Source of the DNA: Candidatus Pacearchaeota archaeon
GTDB lineage: Archaea; Nanobdellota; Nanobdellia; Pacearchaeales; GW2011-AR1
Assembly: GCA_018303945.1 (NCBI GenBank)
Contig: JAGVXD010000005.1
Span: forward strand, 1 to 54,516
Direction: 5' to 3'
DNA: 54,516 nt
In this document: piece by piece, positions 18,548-27,974 of the stretch
Layout of the letters: each line of letters opens with the position of its first letter
Numbering within the stretch: the first letter of the stretch is position 1
The notes under the pieces: generated by a model
What the model saw: only the letters and a program-made list of their open reading frames with translations
Told to the model about the DNA's origin: nothing
The model's database searches: none
Position numbers and translations under genes: made by a program

Positions 18548-21021
18548 CTAAAGTAAATTCTGAACAGCAAAGAGAGATAAGATCGGCATATAGAGAAATA
18601 TATCAGGATTTTGCGGAAAAAACTGGAGAATTGTTCAGAATGTATGAGGGAAAAATACCTGGACTTGAAGAAAGGGTGAGAAATCCTGCTTACGATATAA
18701 ATGGAGATAATGGAGGTTCAGAATATCTGTATGATTTTCCTTCATTCTATCAGGTAGAAGGCGTACAGTTTCTTATGGATCAAAAGAGAGTTCTAATTGC
18801 AGATGAAATGGGTGGTGGGAAAACTGCACAAGCAATTGCCGGAAAGATAGCATTGGACAATAAGCTCGGAAGGAAAGTAAAAACACTTATTGTCTCTCCA
18901 AATAGACAAGTAAAGAGAATGTGGGCGGAAAAACTCAAAGAATATATTACTCCTGAACAATATGCAACTATCAGAATAGAGAATATAGAGAGTTACAAGA
19001 AAGCTAATATAGATGAAGCAGACGTTGTTCTTATAGATTATCATGTATTTTCTTTCTCTGATAATAAGTCGAATAATCTAAGTAGAAAAGAATTAAAGAG
19101 AAAATTGATGAATGCCGGCTTCAATTACTTTGTTCTAGATGAAGCCCATAATGTTAAGAATTTCTCATCAGCAAGCAGATTTAATCATGTAAATGACCTT
19201 GCTTCTCAATCAGAGTATCTCTGTTTGTTATCCGGAACTCCAATTCCAAATAGCATCCAAGATATATATGCTTTGATTGCACTTCTAAAGCCAGAACATA
19301 TTGATGAGAGCGGCAAGAAGGTTGGATATAAAAACGCTTCAGCAGTTGCGGCAGAACATTACAAAACTCCTTCTGTCGTCGGAGCAATTCTTAGGGCTTC
19401 AAGATTAGAAAGAAAGCTTGAAAATGTAGCTAATTTGCCTTCTAAAACGGAAGAGTGCGTACATATAGAAAGGCTAAGCGATGCCCAACAGGAATTATAC
19501 GATTCTATATATGAAGATGATTCACTTTCAGGTTTGCAGAAAATTCAGAAACTTAAGCAAGCATTGCTTAATCCAGCTATCATTGATAAGAATCTAACTT
19601 CTGTGCCGCAAGCAAAATATGAAAAATTAGATGAGATAGTAAGAAGAACTTTAAAGAAAGGAGAGAAGATTATTATTTATTCTCCTAACTTCAGAATAGG
19701 TGTTGTTGACACACTAAGAGAACGCTATGAAGAATTTGGAGCCGTGCATATGGATGGGAGCAATACTTCTTCTCGTTCTTTCGTTATTAAGAGATTTCAG
19801 AAAGATGCCAGTACTAAGATAATGATTATGAATAAAGTTGGAGGAGAAGGCATTCCACTTACTGCTGCGAACAATCTTGTATTTCTTGAAGACCCATATT
19901 CTCCTGGTGAAAGAAGGCAAGTAATTGGAAGAATTTGGCGTCCAGGACAGAAAAAACCCGTGACTATATTAACGTTGAACGTAGATTGCACAATTGATGA
20001 TGGCTTAAGGAAATTTCTTGAGCAGAAGAGAATTGCCATTGAATATATAGAAAAGGGGCTTCCTTTAACTTCAGAGCAGAGAAAATTACTAAGTGGAGAT
20101 AATGATAAAGCTCTTGCTCTATGGCTTAGAATTAATCAGAATTACTTATATACTCCTGCACAAATCACTGGATCATTAATTAGAAATATTAAAGAAAAGC
20201 CTGAAGAAAAGGTGGTTAAGATTTTTGAAGGAAGGTTTGGAAAACATCTTGCTGAATCTCTTACAAAGAGTTGGGGAGATTCTGTATTAAGCAATTGCGC
20301 AAATCTTTACACTACAATAATAAATGGAATAGAGAAGAAAGAAGGAAATTTAGAGAAGATTGTGGACATAGCTTCTGGATTTGGAGCTCTGTCGCATGCT
20401 TTACAAAGGAGAGGCATAGTTAATATAGATGCAGATAAGCATCACTTTAACTCCCCTTATGCTTCTAAAGAAAACATTAACTTGATAGGCAAAATGACAA
20501 AACTCCCTATTGAAGAAAATGGCACATTTAATTTAGCACTTTGTTCTATGGCTTTAGATATATTGCCAAATACTTCAGAAGAGCCTGGACGCGTGAAGGC
20601 AGTTGGAGAAGCAAATAGAGTTTTACAAAGAGGAGGGTATTATATGTTTGTTCTTTCTGCTCCAGCAGTTAAAAATGACGATAAAATGAGGGAAGGAATG
20701 AAGAAAATCGGGTTTGAGGTTTTGCCTGAACTTACCGGCTTTGTAAAGTCGAAAGACAGAAGAATAAAAACTAATCTGTATGTACTTACTGCCCAGAAAA
20801 CGTTTGATTTAGATAATTCACAAAATGTTGCTGATTTCAGAGAATACTTTGAGCTTAATTCACCGGCAGTTGCAAGAATATTGGGAACTGCGCAGAAACG
20901 CAGAGGCGACGCAGTTGAGTTTGAATTTGTAAGAGAAACTGAAATAGAGGATTTGCAAAAAGCAATCAGAAGATTTCAGGAGAGAAAAGGGAAATCTAAT
21001 TTTTCTTCTTCGCAGGTCTGA
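18544..21021 (+). CDS. SNF2-family helicase/ATPase fused to C-terminal class I SAM-dependent methyltransferase domain
   Basis: ADEMGGGKT, VLDEAH, LSGTPIPN, MDGS, GGEGIPLTAA, QVIGRIWRPGQ; C-terminal VDIASGFG, FNLALCSMALD, EANRVLQRGG. Confidence 0.9.
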   Translation: MTKVNSEQQREIRSAYREIYQDFAEKTGELFRMYEGKIPGLEERVRNPAYDINGDNGGSEYLYDFPSFYQVEGVQFLMDQKRVLIADEMGGGKTAQAIAGKIALDNKLGRKVKTLIVSPNRQVKRMWAEKLKEYITPEQYATIRIENIESYKKANIDEADVVLIDYHVFSFSDNKSNNLSRKELKRKLMNAGFNYFVLDEAHNVKNFSSASRFNHVNDLASQSEYLCLLSGTPIPNSIQDIYALIALLKPEHIDESGKKVGYKNASAVAAEHYKTPSVVGAILRASRLERKLENVANLPSKTEECVHIERLSDAQQELYDSIYEDDSLSGLQKIQKLKQALLNPAIIDKNLTSVPQAKYEKLDEIVRRTLKKGEKIIIYSPNFRIGVVDTLRERYEEFGAVHMDGSNTSSRSFVIKRFQKDASTKIMIMNKVGGEGIPLTAANNLVFLEDPYSPGERRQVIGRIWRPGQKKPVTILTLNVDCTIDDGLRKFLEQKRIAIEYIEKGLPLTSEQRKLLSGDNDKALALWLRINQNYLYTPAQITGSLIRNIKEKPEEKVVKIFEGRFGKHLAESLTKSWGDSVLSNCANLYTTIINGIEKKEGNLEKIVDIASGFGALSHALQRRGIVNIDADKHHFNSPYASKENINLIGKMTKLPIEENGTFNLALCSMALDILPNTSEEPGRVKAVGEANRVLQRGGYYMFVLSAPAVKNDDKMREGMKKIGFEVLPELTGFVKSKDRRIKTNLYVLTAQKTFDLDNSQNVADFREYFELNSPAVARILGTAQKRRGDAVEFEFVRETEIEDLQKAIRRFQERKGKSNFSSSQV

Positions 21022-21613
21022 ATTTTATTCCAAAGGCACCATCTGGACGCCAGCCCAAGTAGCCGTCGAAATCTCGTGTCTTGCCTACCGGAACATTCCA
21101 GGAAAGAAAAGGAAGGAAATCAGTAAGGGAAATATTAAAATAAAGACCTTTCTTTTGTGAGAGAGAAGGCTTTTGAGGCGAAAATACATGACTACTTCCT
21201 CTTTCAAGATTTATCAGTGAAAAATGCGAGTGATTTGTTTCTTGTGCTGTGCCAATAAAATAAAAGTTAAAGTTGTGCAGAGGATTTCTAGTATTCCAAG
21301 AGCAAAATGTCTTAGATGTGATATTTTTACTATATGGTGTGCGCCTTGCTTCTCCAAAAATGCCGTCGTCTTCATTTCCAAGAAGAGCCCAAGCTGTCCA
21401 ATGAGGCACGTCATACCATTCAATTTGCTCTCTATGCCTCGGGATTATTTCATATAATGAATGTCTTGATGCTTCTTCTCTTATTTCTGCGTACTTAGAT
21501 TGCTCTATACCATAATTAACATATTTCTGTGCGGAATTATGGTATGATGCACATCCAGAAAGATAAATTAAATTAGATAATAACAGAAAAGATTTTCTAG
21601 AAGGAAATTTCAT
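20996..21613 (-). CDS. hypothetical exported/lipoprotein-like protein
   Basis: N-terminal LSGC lipobox-like signal; NEDDG and RNP motifs. Confidence 0.65.
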   Translation of the reverse strand: MKFPSRKSFLLLSNLIYLSGCASYHNSAQKYVNYGIEQSKYAEIREEASRHSLYEIIPRHREQIEWYDVPHWTAWALLGNEDDGIFGEARRTPYSKNITSKTFCSWNTRNPLHNFNFYFIGTAQETNHSHFSLINLERGSSHVFSPQKPSLSQKKGLYFNISLTDFLPFLSWNVPVGKTRDFDGYLGWRPDGAFGIKFRPAKKKN

Positions 21614-21707
21614 ATATTTACAACATAATAGATATATTTAAAATAAGCTGTTTAATTTAATTTGCTAAGTGGTATAAACTTAAATACAAGGAGGACTTAA
21701 TAAAATA

Positions 21708-22802
21708 ATGGATGGGCAGGCTGAACTTGAAAAAGAAGTGAAGGAGGTGCAGGAGACGATTATACCTGTACAGCAGAGCAACGGCAAGGTTTCAGAAGAA
21801 GAGTTTTTTAGCATATTAAAGATAATTGCACCCGGTACAAGCTTGCGGACGGCACTTGATGGAGCTTTACGCATAGGGCATGGAGCTCTAATTGTTCTTG
21901 AAACTGAACAACTTATCCCCCTTTTAGATGGCGGCTTCAGGGTAAACTGTCGTTTTACTCCGCAACGTCTCATGGAGCTTACAAAAATGGATGGAGCAAT
22001 AATTCTCTCAAAGGACTGCAAGAGAATAAATCATGCAAATGTTCTTCTTACACCAGACAGCAAGATTAAAAGCAGCGAGACAGGGACAAGGCACAAAGCT
22101 GCCGAGCGTACTGCAAAACAATTGGGCACTTTAGTTATCGCCATATCAGAGCGCAAACATGAAATAACGATTTTTTACAAGAATATAAAATATCCTATTA
22201 AGACAACAGGAGAAGTATTAAGAAAGTCAAATGATTTTCTGCAGGTACTTGAAAAACAGAGAGATTTATTTGACAAAAATCTTGATAAACTGAATAAATT
22301 AGAGCTTAGAAATCATCCAAGTCTTCATCAAGCTTTGCTAGTTATACAAAAAGGGAGACTTATTCAGAAGATAGCTGAAGATGTGAAGAGGTATGTTATA
22401 GAAATAGGCAACGAGGGAACTCTTTTAAAAACGCGCTTAAAAGAAATTACTACTGGTGTGGAAAAAGAAACTAACTTGGTAATAAAGGATTATACAAAAC
22501 TAGACCTTAAGAAATCCAGAATATTATTGGAGAGCCTGACTCATGAAGAGCTGCTTGATAATGAGAATATTCTAAGTATGCTTGCTTATGAGAAGCCCAT
22601 CCAAACTTTGCCTATTAAGGGTTGGCGCATACTTTCAAAGACTTCCTTATCAGAAGCTGAAGTTGCTGCTATTGTAAAAGCTTCCGGTAGTTTAGGGAAG
22701 GCGATAAATTCTCCTGTAAGTGTCCACACTGATGTTGTTGGGCAGGAAAAAGCACAGTCATTCAAGGAAGAAATTGATAAAATAAAGCTTAATCAGTACT
22801 AA
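21708..22802 (+). CDS. disA: DisA-type diadenylate cyclase
   Basis: APGT.LR, ELTKMDGAI, ETGTRHKAAER, DisA linker region (EKQR, ELG.EG.L-like). Confidence 0.9.
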   Translation: MDGQAELEKEVKEVQETIIPVQQSNGKVSEEEFFSILKIIAPGTSLRTALDGALRIGHGALIVLETEQLIPLLDGGFRVNCRFTPQRLMELTKMDGAIILSKDCKRINHANVLLTPDSKIKSSETGTRHKAAERTAKQLGTLVIAISERKHEITIFYKNIKYPIKTTGEVLRKSNDFLQVLEKQRDLFDKNLDKLNKLELRNHPSLHQALLVIQKGRLIQKIAEDVKRYVIEIGNEGTLLKTRLKEITTGVEKETNLVIKDYTKLDLKKSRILLESLTHEELLDNENILSMLAYEKPIQTLPIKGWRILSKTSLSEAEVAAIVKASGSLGKAINSPVSVHTDVVGQEKAQSFKEEIDKIKLNQY

Positions 22803-23548
22803 TCCCTAATTTTTCCTCTTTGCCAGTCTCTTACTAAAGTAATTGCTGTTTTAATTTCATCAACAGAGCCGCCTTTTTTAAGAAAACCTCTGTGTCTGCC
22901 TATTTGTTCTAAAATAGAATGTGGCTCTTCATCTATTAAATGAGCCCCGGAATATTTCTCAATAGCAGGCTTGTTATTTTTAAGTAATTTTTCTAATATC
23001 TCAATTGCAACATGCTCTGGATTCCTTAATTTTTCAGGATTTTTTGCCGCTATCATTCCTAATTTGCTTTCTTTATCTTCAAAGGGTACAACTCCTGGTG
23101 TATCAAGAATCTTCAGACTGCCGGCTCTTATGAACTGGACTCCTCTAGTAGTGCCTGCTTTGATAGAGACTTTTGCTCTCGCGCGGTGAGCCATTGCATT
23201 TATTATGGCGCTCTTGCCGACATTCGGATATCCCACTATGCCTATTTTAGGAGACTTATTTCCCATGCGCTTTCCCATGATTAATAATTTAGTTTTCAAA
23301 TCCTTTATTCCAATATTCTTTACTCCAGAGACAAGAAGAGCTTCAGGATAGTTTTCCCTTAATTCATCGAGTTTATCTGGTGAGACAAGATCCATTTTAT
23401 TTAATACATATAATATAGGTACCCTAAGTCTCTTAGCTCTTTCTTCAAGTTCAATGTTTCGCGATAATTCAGGCATACGAGCATCTAGTATAAACACAGT
23501 AATATCTGAACTTCTCATAACTCTCTCAACAATGAACCAAAATCCCAT
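22799..23548 (-). CDS. RbgA/YlqF-type circularly permuted GTPase
   Basis: DAR.P, NKMD before GYPNVGKS, GTT, DTPG. Confidence 0.92.
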   Translation of the reverse strand: MGFWFIVERVMRSSDITVFILDARMPELSRNIELEERAKRLRVPILYVLNKMDLVSPDKLDELRENYPEALLVSGVKNIGIKDLKTKLLIMGKRMGNKSPKIGIVGYPNVGKSAIINAMAHRARAKVSIKAGTTRGVQFIRAGSLKILDTPGVVPFEDKESKLGMIAAKNPEKLRNPEHVAIEILEKLLKNNKPAIEKYSGAHLIDEEPHSILEQIGRHRGFLKKGGSVDEIKTAITLVRDWQRGKIRD

Positions 23549-23583
23549 ATTATCAAGAGCAAAAACAAGCTTATAAGTGTTGC

Positions 23584-24069
23584 TTATGTCTGAAATCTAT
23601 TTCTAGATACAGCGAATAAACTTGAACTAGCAGAACCGTTTCGCGGATAAGTAATTGAACATATCTGTCTCTTAATAAATATTCTAAAACGAGATATATC
23701 TGGAAAATATCTATCAATTCCTTCTCTAATAAAAGCCTGGTGTTCTGCTTCCTGTACATCTAATGACGGAGCATTATTATTTACAATAATGACTGGTGTA
23801 CGGGAATTAGGAGAAGATTTCTGTATATGGCTGATTAATTTAACTGCCTGGAGGTCAGAATATGAATTGCCATTTCTATACCCATTATCTGCAGGTAAGT
23901 CTGATGCAATGACAATAAAACCATATTTTTTTTTGGCAAAAGCATCCATGGCTAAATTAGGATATTTATAATGGTCTATCTCGTATAAATTCCTAGTTAC
24001 TTCTCTTAGAACTGGCAAGATAAAGAATTCACTTCTGTCAACACAGGCGATATTGTTTATTAAAGCCAT
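23584..24069 (-). CDS. degenerate receiver (CheY-like) domain protein
   Basis: IACVD...FIVIASDLP...TPVIIV...AFIREGIDRYF pattern; phosphoacceptor not clearly kept. Confidence 0.45.
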   Translation of the reverse strand: MALINNIACVDRSEFFILPVLREVTRNLYEIDHYKYPNLAMDAFAKKKYGFIVIASDLPADNGYRNGNSYSDLQAVKLISHIQKSSPNSRTPVIIVNNNAPSLDVQEAEHQAFIREGIDRYFPDISRFRIFIKRQICSITYPRNGSASSSLFAVSRNRFQT

Positions 24070-24167
24070 ATTAAATTACTCAAATAGTGTTTTATATAAT
24101 TAATGATGCTCTAATATAGAAATGGTCTTCTAAAAAGCTTTATAAACCGATTTTTGCTTGAGAACTT

Positions 24168-24284
24168 ATGAAACGTTCGTCAAGACGCTGGAAGAAAAAG
24201 CGACAAATGCGCTGGAAATGGCAGCGCAAGCGCCTTAAGAAGGAAAAACGCAGAAGAAAGATGCACAGAGCACGTTCAGCATAA
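24168..24284 (+). CDS. rpl41e: ribosomal protein L41e (eS32)-like, 38 aa, not in ORF track
   Basis: MKRSSRRWKKKRQMRWKWQRKRLKKEKRRRKMHRARSA with upstream TTTATAAA box. Confidence 0.85.
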   Translation: MKRSSRRWKKKRQMRWKWQRKRLKKEKRRRKMHRARSA

Positions 24285-24285
24285 A

Positions 24286-24522
24286 ATGGAAGTTAGATAT
24301 CACAGTTCACCAATGGATGGAGAAGGAAGCTATGACTCTAATAAATCTAGAGATGAATACTCTAAACAGACTCCAGATTTTGCGGCACAAATTGGGAGAG
24401 TTTACCCTCATGGAGTTGGAGAGACGAGAGATTCCTTAATAAGAGAGAATTATGCCAGAAAAGGATTTACTGATTCTAGAAAACACCCATATTTCAATGG
24501 CCGGAGTTACAGTTTTAATTGA
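24286..24522 (+). CDS. hypothetical protein
   Basis: 78-aa ORF starting 1 nt after the L41e-like stop. Confidence 0.4.
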   Translation: MEVRYHSSPMDGEGSYDSNKSRDEYSKQTPDFAAQIGRVYPHGVGETRDSLIRENYARKGFTDSRKHPYFNGRSYSFN

Positions 24523-24556
24523 TTTATAGTTCCGCCAAAGCCAAAAGATGCTGGCT

Positions 24557-24994
24557 CTATTGAATGTTTAAGATTTGTAATGTCCGGAACCAATTTCTCT
24601 CTTTTTTGAGTTTATTACTTACTATCTTATTCAGTACAGCAATAATAGTGCGTATCTCTGTTTCATGATTAGCCAGAAATCCTTCGCTTACTTTCTTTCC
24701 ATAGTATACTATTCCATGCCTAAATTTTCTTAACTTGTCTATAAGTTGAATCTGATTCTGGTTTAGTTCTTTATAATTTTTAGAAACATACTCTATAAGA
24801 GAAATATGGCTCAGTGTTTTGTAACCATCTGAATACATGAGTGCAGTACTAAGCTAAACAACAACTTCATAATATTCTTCAATAATTTTATATGACTTGT
24901 CTTTTGGTAAGATAGGAATAATATCTTTAACTCTCTCCTGCACCATTTCATATATTTCTTTAGCACGAGGCAAATCTTTTGTTATTCTAAACAT
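24557..24994 (-). pseudogene. HEPN domain protein, interrupted by in-frame TAG
   Basis: MFRITKDLPRAK...IEEYYEVVV*LSTALMYSDGYKTLSH...LRKFRHGIVYYG; stop at 24854-24856. Confidence 0.75.
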
Positions 24995-25048
24995 ATGTTT
25001 ACTTTTGATAATATTCCTGCATTAAAATTAAACAAAGCGTAATCGGAA

Positions 25049-26560
25049 CTATTTTTTCTTTCTTTTTTTACTTTTATAGGTATAAATAATAATTATTGAA
25101 ATAATTAAGAGAAGTGCGACTACCATTATTATCTTTTTGTTTATCCAAGATTTATTTTTTATTTCATTTGCGGGATTAGTTTCTTTTATAATTTCACTTT
25201 TATTTTGTGATTCTTCAAAATTATTTTCCCTTTCAGGTGCCTTTTCACTTACATATTTCAATTCTAATTCTACCTTGCTAGAATTTATAGAAACTAATTT
25301 TACAATCAGATCATGATAACCATTATTATTAACATCAAATCTTTTCTCTTCTCCAATATTCAATACTGCCTGCTGTGGAGTTGATGAGACATTTATTGTT
25401 GCACTGGTATTAGTTAAATTAATGATTCCTATAAAATGTTGCTCTTCATTTATCTTTATTCTTATCCTGTGTTTAATAGAAAGACTTTTCGATATAGTTT
25501 TCTTTTCGCTAAATTCTACATCGTCTTCCGCAAAAGTATTTGTCCAGAAAGATTGACTGACGCTTCCTCCGCTTCCCCCACCAGAACTAGAGGAAGAGCT
25601 AGGAGAAGAACTTGCTGCAATGTTGAGGGTAAGAAGTCTTTTGACACTCTCATAGGTAGTCACTGGCGCACCGCTGTCATCAGAACAATTAATCCACCAG
25701 TAATAATCTCCATTAGACAAAGAAGCGTTGGCTGTCAGCGTTGTTGATGTTACGTTAAGAACAGAATTATTATTAGCATACGAAGCAACAGTTCCAGATG
25801 AATTAATCCATAAAGTACAATTTACTGTTGCACTATTATCTGTTATATTAAAGAAGAAGTTCGGTGTAGCATCTGATGATTCTGTGCTGGCATTTGCAGG
25901 AGACTCCAGACTTATTGTCATGGGGGTGCTACATTGGGTGGTGTTTGCAATTGTGATATTATTTGCATTATTAAGATCAAGTACAAAAAAATCTCCTTCA
26001 TTTAAGACTCCGTTAATAGTCGTAAAATTTACCCCGACAGCTATGGGGTTAGTATTAAAATCTGATGAATTATACTCGCCAAGAACCCGCCAAAAATAAG
26101 GGTCAGTAGCTCCTACATCCCGATAAGCCAGATTAATTCTTGTCATATTGACTGTGTTATTTAGAGGGATAATTTCTAAGCCAGAGCCAGATCCATTTAC
26201 TCGCCAGATTTTCAGTTGTGTGTAGTTACTATCAGAAAAATTAATAATTCCATCTCCATTACTATCGAGCAAAGCTAAGTCCTCAAAAGCATTATCAATA
26301 TCTCTCCCAGTCAGATTTCTTCCGCCAAAAAGGTCTTCTGCATCAACAGTACCATCATTATCTCTGTCCAATATAAGAGCTCCATCTCCGCTGCTATTCA
26401 TAAATTGGGTATATTCAACATACGTCCCATTGGAGCGTTCTACATATGGACAATATAGACCCGAAATCGTAGGGAGTAAGAAAAATCCTATTAATAAAAA
26501 CAAACCTGCTGCAAACTGAACTCCTTTACCTAACACCCTTTTTTTGTTTATTTTTACCAT
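25049..26560 (-). CDS. cell-surface glycoprotein with Ca-binding DxDxDG repeats, Ig-like domain, Ser/Gly linker and C-terminal TM anchor
   Basis: signal peptide, DRDNDGTVD and DSNGDGIIN motifs, many NxS/T sequons, poly-Ser, TM followed by Lys tail. Confidence 0.8.
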   Translation of the reverse strand: MVKINKKRVLGKGVQFAAGLFLLIGFFLLPTISGLYCPYVERSNGTYVEYTQFMNSSGDGALILDRDNDGTVDAEDLFGGRNLTGRDIDNAFEDLALLDSNGDGIINFSDSNYTQLKIWRVNGSGSGLEIIPLNNTVNMTRINLAYRDVGATDPYFWRVLGEYNSSDFNTNPIAVGVNFTTINGVLNEGDFFVLDLNNANNITIANTTQCSTPMTISLESPANASTESSDATPNFFFNITDNSATVNCTLWINSSGTVASYANNNSVLNVTSTTLTANASLSNGDYYWWINCSDDSGAPVTTYESVKRLLTLNIAASSSPSSSSSSGGGSGGSVSQSFWTNTFAEDDVEFSEKKTISKSLSIKHRIRIKINEEQHFIGIINLTNTSATINVSSTPQQAVLNIGEEKRFDVNNNGYHDLIVKLVSINSSKVELELKYVSEKAPERENNFEESQNKSEIIKETNPANEIKNKSWINKKIIMVVALLLIISIIIIYTYKSKKRKKK

Positions 26561-26634
26561 CTCTCTTAAAATATGAAACATTTATTAATATTTAAACTTT
26601 TAGAGCGAGTCTTTGAAAGAAATCTTGCGCGGTT

Positions 26635-27147
26635 TTAACTTGTTTTTCGGCAAGCGCGTACCTCGAGCGAGGAATTCGAGAACGTCGGATCCCTGCCGCA
26701 GCTTAGGCTAGCCCTGCTCGAATCCGCGCCGAACCCCGCGACTCTATCATTACAAGGATGTCAATAGTATAGACTTCCATTAGAAGTAGTGGGCTTGGGT
26801 ATTCCATAATTGTTTGCATCCCGAAGCCACTGTTCAGCATCTATACCTGGAGTCTTATGTGAATCTAAGTAAGACTCAAGCTTTTCACTTTTACCACATA
26901 TTAGGTCTCCTGCCTGATTCACGCTATGCTCATAATTGATATACATATCAGACCCAATACCTATGATGCCTCCTTTCTTCTCAAATTTTGCATCGAGCCA
27001 CTCAGATCTCCATGGACTTTTTACAGTCATAATTTCATCCAAAATTTCATTAAGCCTTGATGAGGGAACTTGATTGCCAGCCCCATTAAATGCCCTTCCT
27101 GTTTTTATGAGATTTATAAAATCAACAAATTGGCAGATAGTAAGCAT
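26635..27147 (-). pseudogene. DGR-target-like (CLec-type C-terminus) gene remnant
   Basis: frame continues past TGA at 26761-26763 into GC-rich HPCNDRVAGFGADSSRASLSCGRDPTFSNSSLEVRACRKTS; 5' end truncated. Confidence 0.65.
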
Positions 27148-27219
27148 TTTGTCCAGCTGTTCGTGCCCTAGCTTGGCTGATTTGTTTGAAAAAAGAATGG
27201 AAGTACAAAAACTTGAATC

Positions 27220-27683
27220 TTAATTGATATTAACAAAGGTTTCTTAGATATTGCAAGATCTTCAAATATTAGAGTAAAAGAATTAGTAATTGATCATTCA
27301 GATATACTAAAATCTAAATTAAAGAAAGAATGTGATTTAGTATTCTCAATTTTTGCTTATCATCATGTTAAAGACGATGAAAAGAAGAAATATATAGAAC
27401 AGATTAAAAGTTGTCTTAAAGAAACTGGAATATTAATACTAACTGAGATCTATCTTAAAGATAAACAAGAATGTATTGATTATTACAAAAGACTCTCTAA
27501 ATCAATACCAAACAAAGATTACATTCAGGGTTTGGATGAGTTTTTACAACAAACTGCAAAAAGCACGGATTTTGAGTTTAAAGTTGAGAAAGAATTTGCA
27601 GACAACAATTCAAAGAAGAAGGTTTTACCAAACTCGAGGAAATACCTATATGGTCTGATGATAGTTCGAAAAAAATAGGGTAA
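27220..27683 (+). pseudogene. class I SAM methyltransferase fragment
   Basis: startless frame LIDINKGFLDIAR...DLVFSIFAYHHV...LKETGILILTE; apparent frameshift near 27605; boundaries approximate. Confidence 0.65.
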
Positions 27684-27974
27684 AGGGCAAGCTTAAGTTT
27701 TTGATTTTATCTTTACATTAAGATTATTAGTTTTGGTTAGAAAAACCATGTTCTTATTTACCTTGAGTTAATTGCCAAATAGCCCTTAGTTTATTCAAAA
27801 TAATGGTTTAAACTATTTGAGTCGCTATCAAACCTTTCATTTTATAGCTCCGCCAGCTTTATAACTAAAAGTTATTTTCTAGGCTTTTTTGCTTAAAACG
27901 GGCTGATAAGGCATAGTTACCTCAATTATTTTAAGGGGCGTCCAGAGTTAGATTCTCTCTGAGACAATTTAATT

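Noticed and set aside
13376-21021. tRNA-Glu-integrated provirus or island containing the repeat/SNF2 operon
   Set aside because: No duplicated tRNA 3' end, integrase or viral structural gene found in the window.
24854-26763. Stop-codon reassignment suggested by in-frame TAG (HEPN) and TGA (DGR-like target)
   Set aside because: TAG and TGA end many intact genes here (for example fen ends in TGA), so these are better explained as nonsense mutations.
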